Shown in pieces: positions 40,668 to 48,827 of a DNA stretch of 64,000 nt. Under the pieces are notes generated by a model. That model was not told the origin of the DNA and made no database searches. It saw only the letters and a program-made list of their open reading frames with translations. Position numbers and translations under genes: made by a program. The stretch's first letter is position 1. Each line of letters begins with the position of its first letter. The stretch covers positions 109,866 to 173,865 of the forward strand of contig JBOEGD010000004.1 in the NCBI GenBank assembly GCA_050633245.1, given 5' to 3'. The DNA is from Calditrichia bacterium. GTDB taxonomy: Bacteria > Calditrichota > Calditrichia > RBG-13-44-9 > J075.

Positions 40668-42260
40668 TTAGTTCACATCAAAAATTGAAACCCAGCCGTT
40701 ATCCACACCTTGCTTGATGATGCCATCCTGCAGATATTGTATGGCGCCGGTTTCCCATGCGCTGTTGAAGCCTTCTCGCAGCAAGGTTGTTTCAATGGGC
40801 AGCCATATCGAGCTGCTTCCGTTCGGGTTTTCGCGGACGATATATCGCTTTTCGTTACTGCTGATTTGCGATGCATTTTGAGGCGTTACTCCGGTATCGA
40901 GAAGCAGGTATATGTGTGCCAATGTTTCATCCGGATCCTGAACTTGTACAAAGGCTATATCTATTCCCAGACTTTGTAATACAGAGCCATAACAAATTAC
41001 CAAATCATCACAATCGCCACTTCGTAACCCAAGCGTCTCGCCCGCATACTGCACGCGATCATCGCTGTAGAACGGCACCTGTGGATCACTCTGATAGCTT
41101 ATTTTCATGGTGCCGAGAGAGTCGAAAGCCGCTTCGGCAAGCTGTAAGTTTGATGGTTGGGATCCAAGCGCCGAATTTAGATTCCTTCCCAACGTGCGAG
41201 CAAAATTAAAAACCGTCTCGTCTTCGGGCGTTAAGAAAAAGACAAGATTACTTACCGTGCCATCCCAACTGTTTCGGGTATGAACGAACAACTGTTCACT
41301 GATATGTTTGGTTGTCGTTCTGCCAGAGCGCCCTTCAATTTGAATATTCAGCATTGCGGGCTCGCGGGAACTCGACTTGCGATTTGCATCGTCAAAAAAC
41401 ACCTTAACCGGTATGTCCTGCGTCTCGCCCTTTTCCAACTTAACAAAACCACTTTCTCGCTGGCGATATGCGTAGGGAGGAAGTGTTGCGGCCACGTTTA
41501 TTTCGATATCATGTCCGGCTGTATTCTGAATTGTAATCAGAGCGAGCGGATAGTTGTTATAGAATCTCTGATAGGCCGGGTATATGTCTTCTACGATCAG
41601 GCGAGTCTGCTTTACCCGAAACATTTCGCGTTTCTTACCCCACATAAAAACCAGTCCCAGTCCAAACTCCGCTCCGCTTATGTCGGTTTTGGTAGTGAAG
41701 TCTACAAAGTGATAACGTGCGTCCAGGTTGAATCCGATCCAGCTGGTGAACGGAATATTTATTCCTGCTCCCAGATAACCCCCGAAATCGAATTGACTTC
41801 CGGCAGTTACAGATTCTATCTCTTCGCCCAGCTGTTCCTGTACCTCCACCTTTTGTCTCCAGTACCCTCCTGTTCCGGCAGAAATATAAGGCTGAATGCG
41901 GGTGCTGAGTGCCGGTGAGAAGAGATCATAACGAACACCTGCGAGAAGTGGAAACACGACGTCCACATCAACTGACGTACTGAGTGAATCTTCTTCAATA
42001 ATCGTCAGTCTGCTAACGGCTCCGGTGTTAAACTCCATAAACAGTTGATCCTGGATGCGGGAGTGGTAATACAACCATGCACCGACACCTTCAATATTCA
42101 CCCGATCGGGATTAATATCGTCTACGACGACTGAAAATGGATCTCCACCCATATTCCAGTAGCTTGCGCGAAAGCCGAGCCCGGAGTCTCGTTGAATGCC
42201 CTGTGCATGTAGTGACGTCGATAGCATGATTAATAGTCCGATTAGAAGCGATTGTTTCAT
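40668..42260 (-). CDS. Outer-membrane beta-barrel fused to a transglutaminase-like cysteine-protease domain
   Basis: Signal peptide; OmpA/OmpW-like strands (aa ~25-208); Ig-like linker; QYAGETL..RSGDCDD...AHIYLL...WLPIETT. Confidence 0.8.
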   Translation of the reverse strand: MKQSLLIGLLIMLSTSLHAQGIQRDSGLGFRASYWNMGGDPFSVVVDDINPDRVNIEGVGAWLYYHSRIQDQLFMEFNTGAVSRLTIIEEDSLSTSVDVDVVFPLLAGVRYDLFSPALSTRIQPYISAGTGGYWRQKVEVQEQLGEEIESVTAGSQFDFGGYLGAGINIPFTSWIGFNLDARYHFVDFTTKTDISGAEFGLGLVFMWGKKREMFRVKQTRLIVEDIYPAYQRFYNNYPLALITIQNTAGHDIEINVAATLPPYAYRQRESGFVKLEKGETQDIPVKVFFDDANRKSSSREPAMLNIQIEGRSGRTTTKHISEQLFVHTRNSWDGTVSNLVFFLTPEDETVFNFARTLGRNLNSALGSQPSNLQLAEAAFDSLGTMKISYQSDPQVPFYSDDRVQYAGETLGLRSGDCDDLVICYGSVLQSLGIDIAFVQVQDPDETLAHIYLLLDTGVTPQNASQISSNEKRYIVRENPNGSSSIWLPIETTLLREGFNSAWETGAIQYLQDGIIKQGVDNGWVSIFDVN

Positions 42261-42377
42261 TTGTTTTTTCCCGTAAGAAAGATTCTGTGTGTTGCAATGA
42301 TCCTTACGGATAAGTTAGCATATGGATACAGGAAAACTCAACACTGTTCGTTTTTCCTGTATCTCTTCCCGTCAATT

Positions 42378-43073
42378 TTAATACCGACCCCACATGAATG
42401 TCAGACCAAGACTGAAATCCAGCCCGTTTTGATAGATGCTGTTATTGCTTGGAAGATCAATCATATGATAGCGCAGGTCTCCGGTCAGTGCTACATGTCT
42501 ACCCAGCTTAAAATCTGCACCTCCGCCAAAATAGAATCCGGAATACGTTTCAGAAACGCTGCTTACTTCTTCTTCATAATAGAAGTAGTCTTCTATCTCA
42601 ACATCGCTGGTTATGTAGAAGCCACCACCAAACGAAATGAATGGTCGGATACCGGCACGTTGGTTAATTGGAACCATATCGTAGCGGAGACCGAATAATA
42701 ATGGTGCAACCGCATTAACCTTAACCAAATCGAAGTCTGCATATTCTTCGCTTATTTGCACTTTGCCAACTGCGCCAATGGAAACGTCAGCAATTAGCTG
42801 TTCGCCAATACGATTAAAAAAGACCAGGGAACCACCATAACCTTCAATGTTCAGATCGTTTCCATAACGACTGTTGCGAATACGGACACTCGGCTCTCCT
42901 ACAAAGGCATCCCAATAGTTGCCGCGGAAGGTGATTCCAGTGCTCGGAGCAGAATACCCACGCTTATAGCGTTTATCGTGGTGACGTTTATGGTGAAAAT
43001 CCTGAGCAAGCAGATGACTAAACCCGGATAAAAGAACTAAGATTGCCAAGGTGAACTTTAATTGCGTTTTCAT
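42378..43073 (-). CDS. Outer-membrane beta-barrel protein (8-stranded OmpA/OmpW-like)
   Basis: Signal peptide; alternating beta strands, RPFISFGGG, GFYFGGGADF, DLRYH, LGLTFMW. Confidence 0.8.
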   Translation of the reverse strand: MKTQLKFTLAILVLLSGFSHLLAQDFHHKRHHDKRYKRGYSAPSTGITFRGNYWDAFVGEPSVRIRNSRYGNDLNIEGYGGSLVFFNRIGEQLIADVSIGAVGKVQISEEYADFDLVKVNAVAPLLFGLRYDMVPINQRAGIRPFISFGGGFYITSDVEIEDYFYYEEEVSSVSETYSGFYFGGGADFKLGRHVALTGDLRYHMIDLPSNNSIYQNGLDFSLGLTFMWGRY

Positions 43074-43142
43074 TGTTTATCCCTCATAGTGTGACTTGTA
43101 GATTTTTTTGTGACTTTCAGATTTGAATTCTGTCTGAGGGTA

Positions 43143-43160
43143 ATACAAGCGCGATGCCAA
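43143..43160 (-). promoter_or_regulatory. Putative sigma54 promoter for the barrel-to-TonB-receptor operon
   Basis: Minus strand TTGGCATCGCGCTTGTAT, about 70 bp before the ATG at 43073 and directly downstream of a bEBP gene. Confidence 0.75.
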
Positions 43161-43286
43161 AAAAGAGAGCTTGTTTGTAAGTTCTTGTTAATATATGGCT
43201 TGTGCGGTGTTTTGTCGAAAGGGAGAGGTGTAAACGAAGTTAACGCCGAGATGCAAGTGCGGAAAAATTCCGCGGAAAAGTGCTTA

Positions 43287-45812
43287 CTAAATTGACGTTT
43301 GTCTTAGATGATCGATCAATTGTTGCAGAAAGGGATGATATGCTTTGGGAAGGCCGCGAAAAGCGGATTGCGCATCCTTGGCAGGATTTTTTAAGAGGTT
43401 GTTTAGATTGCCTAAATAGGCTCGCACTTTATTACCGGCTGCAGTAATTGTTTGTTTATCATTTTCTCCCGCCAGTTTTATGGCTGCCTCATCTATATCG
43501 AAATGGCATTCGGTTAGCGTGCGGAACACGATTCCGCGCAAGTATTCGGTAATGGTTCCCCGGTCGCGGTCTCCCAGTCTGCGGGCTGTTTGCGATATTG
43601 CCGATCGCGAGAACTTTAACTCACGCAGAGACTCAAGGATTTGCTGTTCCAGAGTAAGATATTCGCTTGCAGCAGCTTCTCCTTTGCTAAAGCGGATTTC
43701 TTCAGGTAAATCTTCCTGGCGAATGAGTTTTCTTCCGGCAGAAGCGGCTAACACCAACCCGCGCTGTATAACATTCTCCAGCTCACGAATATTGCCTGGC
43801 CAACTGTAGCGCGTTAATTGATTGAGTGCTTCCTGCGAGATGTTAGAAACTTCCGGGGCTGAAACTCCGGAATGTTTCGCAATAAAATGTGTAACCAACA
43901 GCGGAATATCATCCATACGTTCACGCAGTGGGGGCAATTTGATAGAAACACCGTTGAGGCGATAAAAGAGATCTTTCCGAAAACGCCCAGACTCCACCTC
44001 ATTCTGCGGATTGCGATTTGTAGCAGCAATTACACGCACATCTACCGCCAGAGTTTTTTCACCACCAACCTTCTCGAACGTACCTTCCTGCAATACGCGT
44101 AGTAAACGCGATTGGAATGGTGAATCGGTCTCGGTGATTTCATCGAGAAAAAGGGTTCCCTTATTAGCCAGTTCAAAACGTCCCTTACGCGCAGCGTGTG
44201 CCCCGGTAAAGCTGCCTTTCTCATGACCAAAAAGTTCACTATTCAATAGGTCGGTCGAGAGGGCGCCACAGTTTACCGCAATAAACGCATTGTTCTGCCG
44301 AATGCCTTTGCGATGTAGTTCTTGCGCGATGAGCTCTTTTCCGGTGCCGGTCTCACCAATTATTAATATAGATAAGTCGCTGTCACGAAAGGTATGGATC
44401 ATTTGAAGAACGTCGGCCATTTTTCCGTCAGGGGAGTGGATTATCGATGACGTGTTCTGTGAGGTTTCCGGCATAGAGGCGTTTACTGGCCTACTGGCTG
44501 TTTGTAAATCTCTCAATTCTTTTTCAAGACGTATAATGGTCGCTTTATGCTCCGAAGCTTTTATCTGAAGCTCTTCAGAACGCTCATTGTTTCCTGCCAA
44601 GCTCTCCCGAGCTGTTTGTAATTCAGTTTGCGCAACCTGGAGTTCATATGAACGTTTTACGATAGTTTCTTCTAAAAGACCTGCTTGTTGCAGCGTACTG
44701 CTCAATTTCTGTTTTCGAACCAGAATAAACGCGCCTCCAAAAAGAACAACTGACTGAATAACAGGTATGATAAAAGGAATGATGAGATTGAATTTTACGA
44801 AGGCTGCCACAGATGCAAAAATTACGCAGCATAATGTCGTCAGAAAAAGCAGCAAGGTGCGAAACGGACTGAGATTGAACCTTTGCCAGAAAAATAGACT
44901 GCTGAGTAAAACCAGAAGTATCGCTGATTGCCATAGTGTGTTCATAGAACGAAGTTCATTGTTGTTAATCAAATTCTCGGCGGTAGTAAGGTGAATGAGC
45001 GATGGCGGCAGCTCATTGGCGAGCGGCGTAGCAACGGGACTGATAACGCCGGAGTATACAACGCTTACCAAAACCATCTTATCGGTAAAATTCAGTGAAT
45101 CAGGTTTTTCTTGAAATTGTTTTAACACATCAACAAAGCTGTACTTTTGAACTTGCTCCCACGTACCAAAATGGTTTAGTCTGATTGTCTCGGCGTTAAA
45201 AACGGTCTCGCTGGCTCTTGCCGAGACATCATGACCGGCTTGTTTGAAATAAACTTCTGCGATTGCCTTGCCAAAGGAGGAAAATGTGTTGTTCTGCCAT
45301 GATGTATTGAGTGGTGTTTTAAGTAGTTGAGGTTCGGAGCCAATATTGCTAAAGCCAATTTGTGCAGCACTATTACGAATTTCATCTATTGGGAAAAGAG
45401 GATCGGTAGACTCCTTTGAAGATAAGTCTGCAAAGGCAAATGGTAGCACAGTGGGACCGCCGCTGAAGAAGCGAGATACATCCGAATCAAAAGCATCATT
45501 GGGTGAAGGCCTCTTTAGAAAAAGAATGTCGAATGCGATAACGCGAGCATTGAGTTCGGTTAAGATATGAGCCATGTATCCATAATAGTCTCTCGATACC
45601 GGCCACCCGCCCATATTCTCGATGTCGTCTTTATCAATATAGATGACCACAAAGTTGCTATCGAGCTGCCTCTCTCCGCGCATGTTTAGAAGTAAGCGAG
45701 TTTCGGTATCAAGAGCAGCTTGTTGCAGGTATGTGTTGTTGTTGCTAAATAATATGACTATTAGCATAAACGGAAAAAAGATTACCGGGCCGGAAAATAG
45801 TCGTGCTTTCAA
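43287..45812 (-). CDS. Membrane-anchored sigma54 enhancer-binding protein: CHASE2 + 3 TM + coiled coil + AAA+ + HTH with extension
   Basis: CHASE2 motifs VVIYIDKDDI..GGWPVSRD..ARVIAFDILF; KMVLV..TP..IH..ENL; AAA+ GETGTGKE, SELFGHEKGSFTGA, LFLDEI, FRKDLFYRL, WPGNIREL. Confidence 0.88.
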   Translation of the reverse strand: MKARLFSGPVIFFPFMLIVILFSNNNTYLQQAALDTETRLLLNMRGERQLDSNFVVIYIDKDDIENMGGWPVSRDYYGYMAHILTELNARVIAFDILFLKRPSPNDAFDSDVSRFFSGGPTVLPFAFADLSSKESTDPLFPIDEIRNSAAQIGFSNIGSEPQLLKTPLNTSWQNNTFSSFGKAIAEVYFKQAGHDVSARASETVFNAETIRLNHFGTWEQVQKYSFVDVLKQFQEKPDSLNFTDKMVLVSVVYSGVISPVATPLANELPPSLIHLTTAENLINNNELRSMNTLWQSAILLVLLSSLFFWQRFNLSPFRTLLLFLTTLCCVIFASVAAFVKFNLIIPFIIPVIQSVVLFGGAFILVRKQKLSSTLQQAGLLEETIVKRSYELQVAQTELQTARESLAGNNERSEELQIKASEHKATIIRLEKELRDLQTASRPVNASMPETSQNTSSIIHSPDGKMADVLQMIHTFRDSDLSILIIGETGTGKELIAQELHRKGIRQNNAFIAVNCGALSTDLLNSELFGHEKGSFTGAHAARKGRFELANKGTLFLDEITETDSPFQSRLLRVLQEGTFEKVGGEKTLAVDVRVIAATNRNPQNEVESGRFRKDLFYRLNGVSIKLPPLRERMDDIPLLVTHFIAKHSGVSAPEVSNISQEALNQLTRYSWPGNIRELENVIQRGLVLAASAGRKLIRQEDLPEEIRFSKGEAAASEYLTLEQQILESLRELKFSRSAISQTARRLGDRDRGTITEYLRGIVFRTLTECHFDIDEAAIKLAGENDKQTITAAGNKVRAYLGNLNNLLKNPAKDAQSAFRGLPKAYHPFLQQLIDHLRQTSI

Positions 45813-45897
45813 ACTACAACGCCCCCATAAACGCAGAACGAATACGTTTTGCCTGTGCTTCCGGAGTGATTCTGATTTTCATACATTTCTTGTGCTG

Positions 45898-46314
45898 TCA
45901 TGCAGAAGCCGAAGAGATTTCCCGTGAGTTGTTAATCACCGAAATTTGATCGTTCAGGTTCCAATAGTCGTATAAATACCCAACCAAAAACAAACCGCCG
46001 GTCAGTAGGTATAGTATACCGGTAAACCATTTCTCCATATACATGCGATGCACACCAAATAAGCCCAGAAAGGTTAACAAGACCCAGGCTACGGTGTAGT
46101 CAATTTCTCCATCTTGAAAGCGGGCTGTTGCCTGCTCCTTCAAGGTTGGCATCAGAAACAAATCAACTATCCAACCGATCAGAAAGAGACCAAATGTAAA
46201 GAAATAAATTGTGCCAGAGATGGGGTTCCCATAGTAGAAACGATGCGAACCGGTAAATCCGAATATCCATAAAATGTATCCAATACCCAGACTGTGACTT
46301 TGATTGCCAATCAT
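45898..46314 (-). CDS. TM2/NINE domain membrane protein (two TM2 repeats)
   Basis: FGFTGSHRFYYG and FLGLFGVHRMYM repeats. Confidence 0.88.
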   Translation of the reverse strand: MIGNQSHSLGIGYILWIFGFTGSHRFYYGNPISGTIYFFTFGLFLIGWIVDLFLMPTLKEQATARFQDGEIDYTVAWVLLTFLGLFGVHRMYMEKWFTGILYLLTGGLFLVGYLYDYWNLNDQISVINNSREISSASA

Positions 46315-46366
46315 TATACTGATCTCCTTTTTGCCAGACTACGGTGGGAATCGATTGAAGTTTACT

Positions 46367-47197
46367 TTAACGTAGATTGAACCGAAGTCTAAGGCTGGTT
46401 TGAATATCACCCTGCGTATCGACATTGATGGTTGGCTGTACGTAGGGGCTACGAAATGCATCCAAAACGGTTAACCCCCAGGCTATGCCAGTTGACAGAA
46501 GCAGGGTCTTGCGTTTTTTTTGGCGATCATTATACGTCTTGTAAAGCTGGTCTATTTCAGGAAAGAAAGTTGCAGCTGTATAGACTTTCTTCGCATCACT
46601 TTCTTTTAACCAAACATAAGCGGTTGCGGCAATCAAACCGGAAACTGTGCCAGCAAAGAAAATCGAGCGGGTCTTGTGTCCTTTTTGCCACTGGCCAAGG
46701 CCGGGGAGTAACAGGCTGCGCACTCCGGCAGAAGGTCTGATATCTGGAACAGCCAGCTTTTCTTTAATGGTAATTGGAGACTCTGGCTCTTCTGTCGGTT
46801 GCTGCAGGCGTTTAATGTGAACAAAATCTTTACGGACATCTTCAAAAAAGCGCAGAATCTTAGGCGATGTTCTTATTGGGTCGAGATTGGCATTCTCATT
46901 TAGATTCAGAAGATTGATAAAGTGCTGCTTCGATGAATCCAGCTGAGCTGTATGAAAGAATGATATAGCCAGGGTCTCATGAGCCAGTTCTGCTGTCTGT
47001 TTGAGAAGGTCTGGAAATTGAAGCAATTTGTGTCCATGATGAAGTGCTTCTTCAAAATCTGCGGCCTTCAGTGCCGAATCCATTGCCTCTTTGTATTGCT
47101 CAATTGTCTGCGACTTTGCCGTCGATAGAAATAACAGAAGCAATATTAGAGGCATTATCGTTTTTGTAATCGCACTTGCACGATGCTGAATAGTCAT
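46367..47197 (-). CDS. TPR + DUF5683-like exported/membrane protein
   Basis: Signal peptide; TPR-like helices, LDPIRTSPKI; RSLLLPGLGQW; C-terminal beta strand. Confidence 0.7.
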   Translation of the reverse strand: MTIQHRASAITKTIMPLILLLLFLSTAKSQTIEQYKEAMDSALKAADFEEALHHGHKLLQFPDLLKQTAELAHETLAISFFHTAQLDSSKQHFINLLNLNENANLDPIRTSPKILRFFEDVRKDFVHIKRLQQPTEEPESPITIKEKLAVPDIRPSAGVRSLLLPGLGQWQKGHKTRSIFFAGTVSGLIAATAYVWLKESDAKKVYTAATFFPEIDQLYKTYNDRQKKRKTLLLSTGIAWGLTVLDAFRSPYVQPTINVDTQGDIQTSLRLRFNLR

Positions 47198-47204
47198 AGC
47201 CGCT

Positions 47205-48827
47205 TCAAGGAGTTAACGTTATTTTTTTTCGAGTTACCTGATCTGCTATAATACTGATGCTGTCCGACCACGTCTGGAAGTTCGGATTGCTCAACATTAG
47301 CAAATGTCTGCCCTGCGGAAGCTCGAGTGGTTGAGAAAGAGGCGTTGTCTCGATAAACCGCCCGTTGCAGTGTACGTTTGCCCAGGGAATAACAGTCAGA
47401 TCAAGATAACCGAGAAGAGGCGATAAATCAATAGCAAGTGAGTCCGTTCTGGCTGATTGAATACTTAGGCTGTCGCTATAAGTGCTGAAGTTTGGGTTGC
47501 GAATTTCTATTGAATGTCGTCCTGCCGGCAACTCGATAGGCTCCATCATAGGCGTAGTATCGTATTCAATACCGTTGAGATAGATTACTCCCCATGGATT
47601 ACATAAAACATGCAGAAAACCGTTTTCTGCCTGAGCTAAAATGGGCTCCTTCTTTGCCACCGCCAGCGTATCACGTACTGTTGTCATCGGTTCCCCTCTT
47701 TTTAAAGATGGCTCTTTAGGATTTATTTCAGTCTGAGACGTTTCAATGAGTGTCTCAACGTCAGGTTCCTCAAGTGGGTTCTGATTGGATAGTGTGTCCG
47801 GCATTATCATTTCAGTCTGTTTATCTGCTCTGCTATGCACAGGTGTGCGCCATTGATGTGCCGCAATTGCAATAAACAAGGACGACAGCAGAATTCCGAC
47901 CATCAGAAGTAGCTTTCCGCCACTAAAAGTGTTTTCGAATGAGGAAATATCCCTTCCCTGCCGAGGCATTGAATTGTTGACATGCGGAGCTGCCACAAGC
48001 TTGGCAATGCGCGGGCTGTCGGGGTTCGTCTCGGATGTATCGAATCTCACCAAAAGCTCACTGGCTGTGCCAGGTCGTAGAGTCACATCTTTTTGCAGCA
48101 TGTCCATGACCAAATTGCTAAACCAGTCTGGCAGTTCTGGTCGCAGTTGATTCGGGGCAGGGGGTACGTTATTTAAAATTTGCTGCATGCACTCTCCGGC
48201 GCTTTTTGCAGCGAAGGGAGATTCACCAACGGCCATTTCGTAAAAGGTAATTCCGCAGCTAAACAGATCGCTGGAAGATGATATTGCGCTACCGCTGATT
48301 TGCTCCGGCGACATATATGCAGGTGTTCCCACGGTGCCATACTGAGCTGTTACCTTTGGTAAATCTGCTACTGTTGCAAGACCAAAATCAACTATTTGAG
48401 CTCGTCCCTCCGAGCTAATTAAAATATTGGCTGGCTTTATATCCCGATGAATAACCTTATGATCGTGCGCATAGTGCAATCCGGAAAGAATTCCACGCGA
48501 AATGCTGCAAATAATATCGAAGGGCAGGGGAGAGTGCAGCTGAATAAACTCATCTAACGGATTACCTTCAACAAATTCGATAATCATATAGAGGGCATCT
48601 TTTTCGGTGCCGACATCGAAAATACTGATTATATTGGGATGTTTAAGACGAGCACAAATCAGTGCCTCGCGGCGAAAGCGTTCAACGAGCTCATCATCTT
48701 TTTGCCATTGGGTGTTGAGAACCTTTATAAGAACGGGTCTGTCTAATGCCGACTGTTTTCCGCGATATACCGTGGTTATTGGACCGCGACTGAGTTCATC
48801 AAGTAGTTCGAAACCCTCAATCTTCAT
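47205..48827 (-). CDS. Hanks-type membrane Ser/Thr protein kinase with two extracytoplasmic PEGA-like domains
   Basis: VLIKVL, HPNI, HRDIKPAN, DFG, GTPAYMSPEQ; one TM helix; two PW..(I/V)..NG....TTP....LP.GRH repeats. Confidence 0.92.
   Translation of the reverse strand: MKIEGFELLDELSRGPITTVYRGKQSALDRPVLIKVLNTQWQKDDELVERFRREALICARLKHPNIISIFDVGTEKDALYMIIEFVEGNPLDEFIQLHSPLPFDIICSISRGILSGLHYAHDHKVIHRDIKPANILISSEGRAQIVDFGLATVADLPKVTAQYGTVGTPAYMSPEQISGSAISSSSDLFSCGITFYEMAVGESPFAAKSAGECMQQILNNVPPAPNQLRPELPDWFSNLVMDMLQKDVTLRPGTASELLVRFDTSETNPDSPRIAKLVAAPHVNNSMPRQGRDISSFENTFSGGKLLLMVGILLSSLFIAIAAHQWRTPVHSRADKQTEMIMPDTLSNQNPLEEPDVETLIETSQTEINPKEPSLKRGEPMTTVRDTLAVAKKEPILAQAENGFLHVLCNPWGVIYLNGIEYDTTPMMEPIELPAGRHSIEIRNPNFSTYSDSLSIQSARTDSLAIDLSPLLGYLDLTVIPWANVHCNGRFIETTPLSQPLELPQGRHLLMLSNPNFQTWSDSISIIADQVTRKKITLTP

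Noticed and set aside
41280-42698. Long plus-strand ORFs 41280..41918 and 42252..42698
   Set aside because: Antisense to well-supported barrel and transglutaminase genes; no domain signal.
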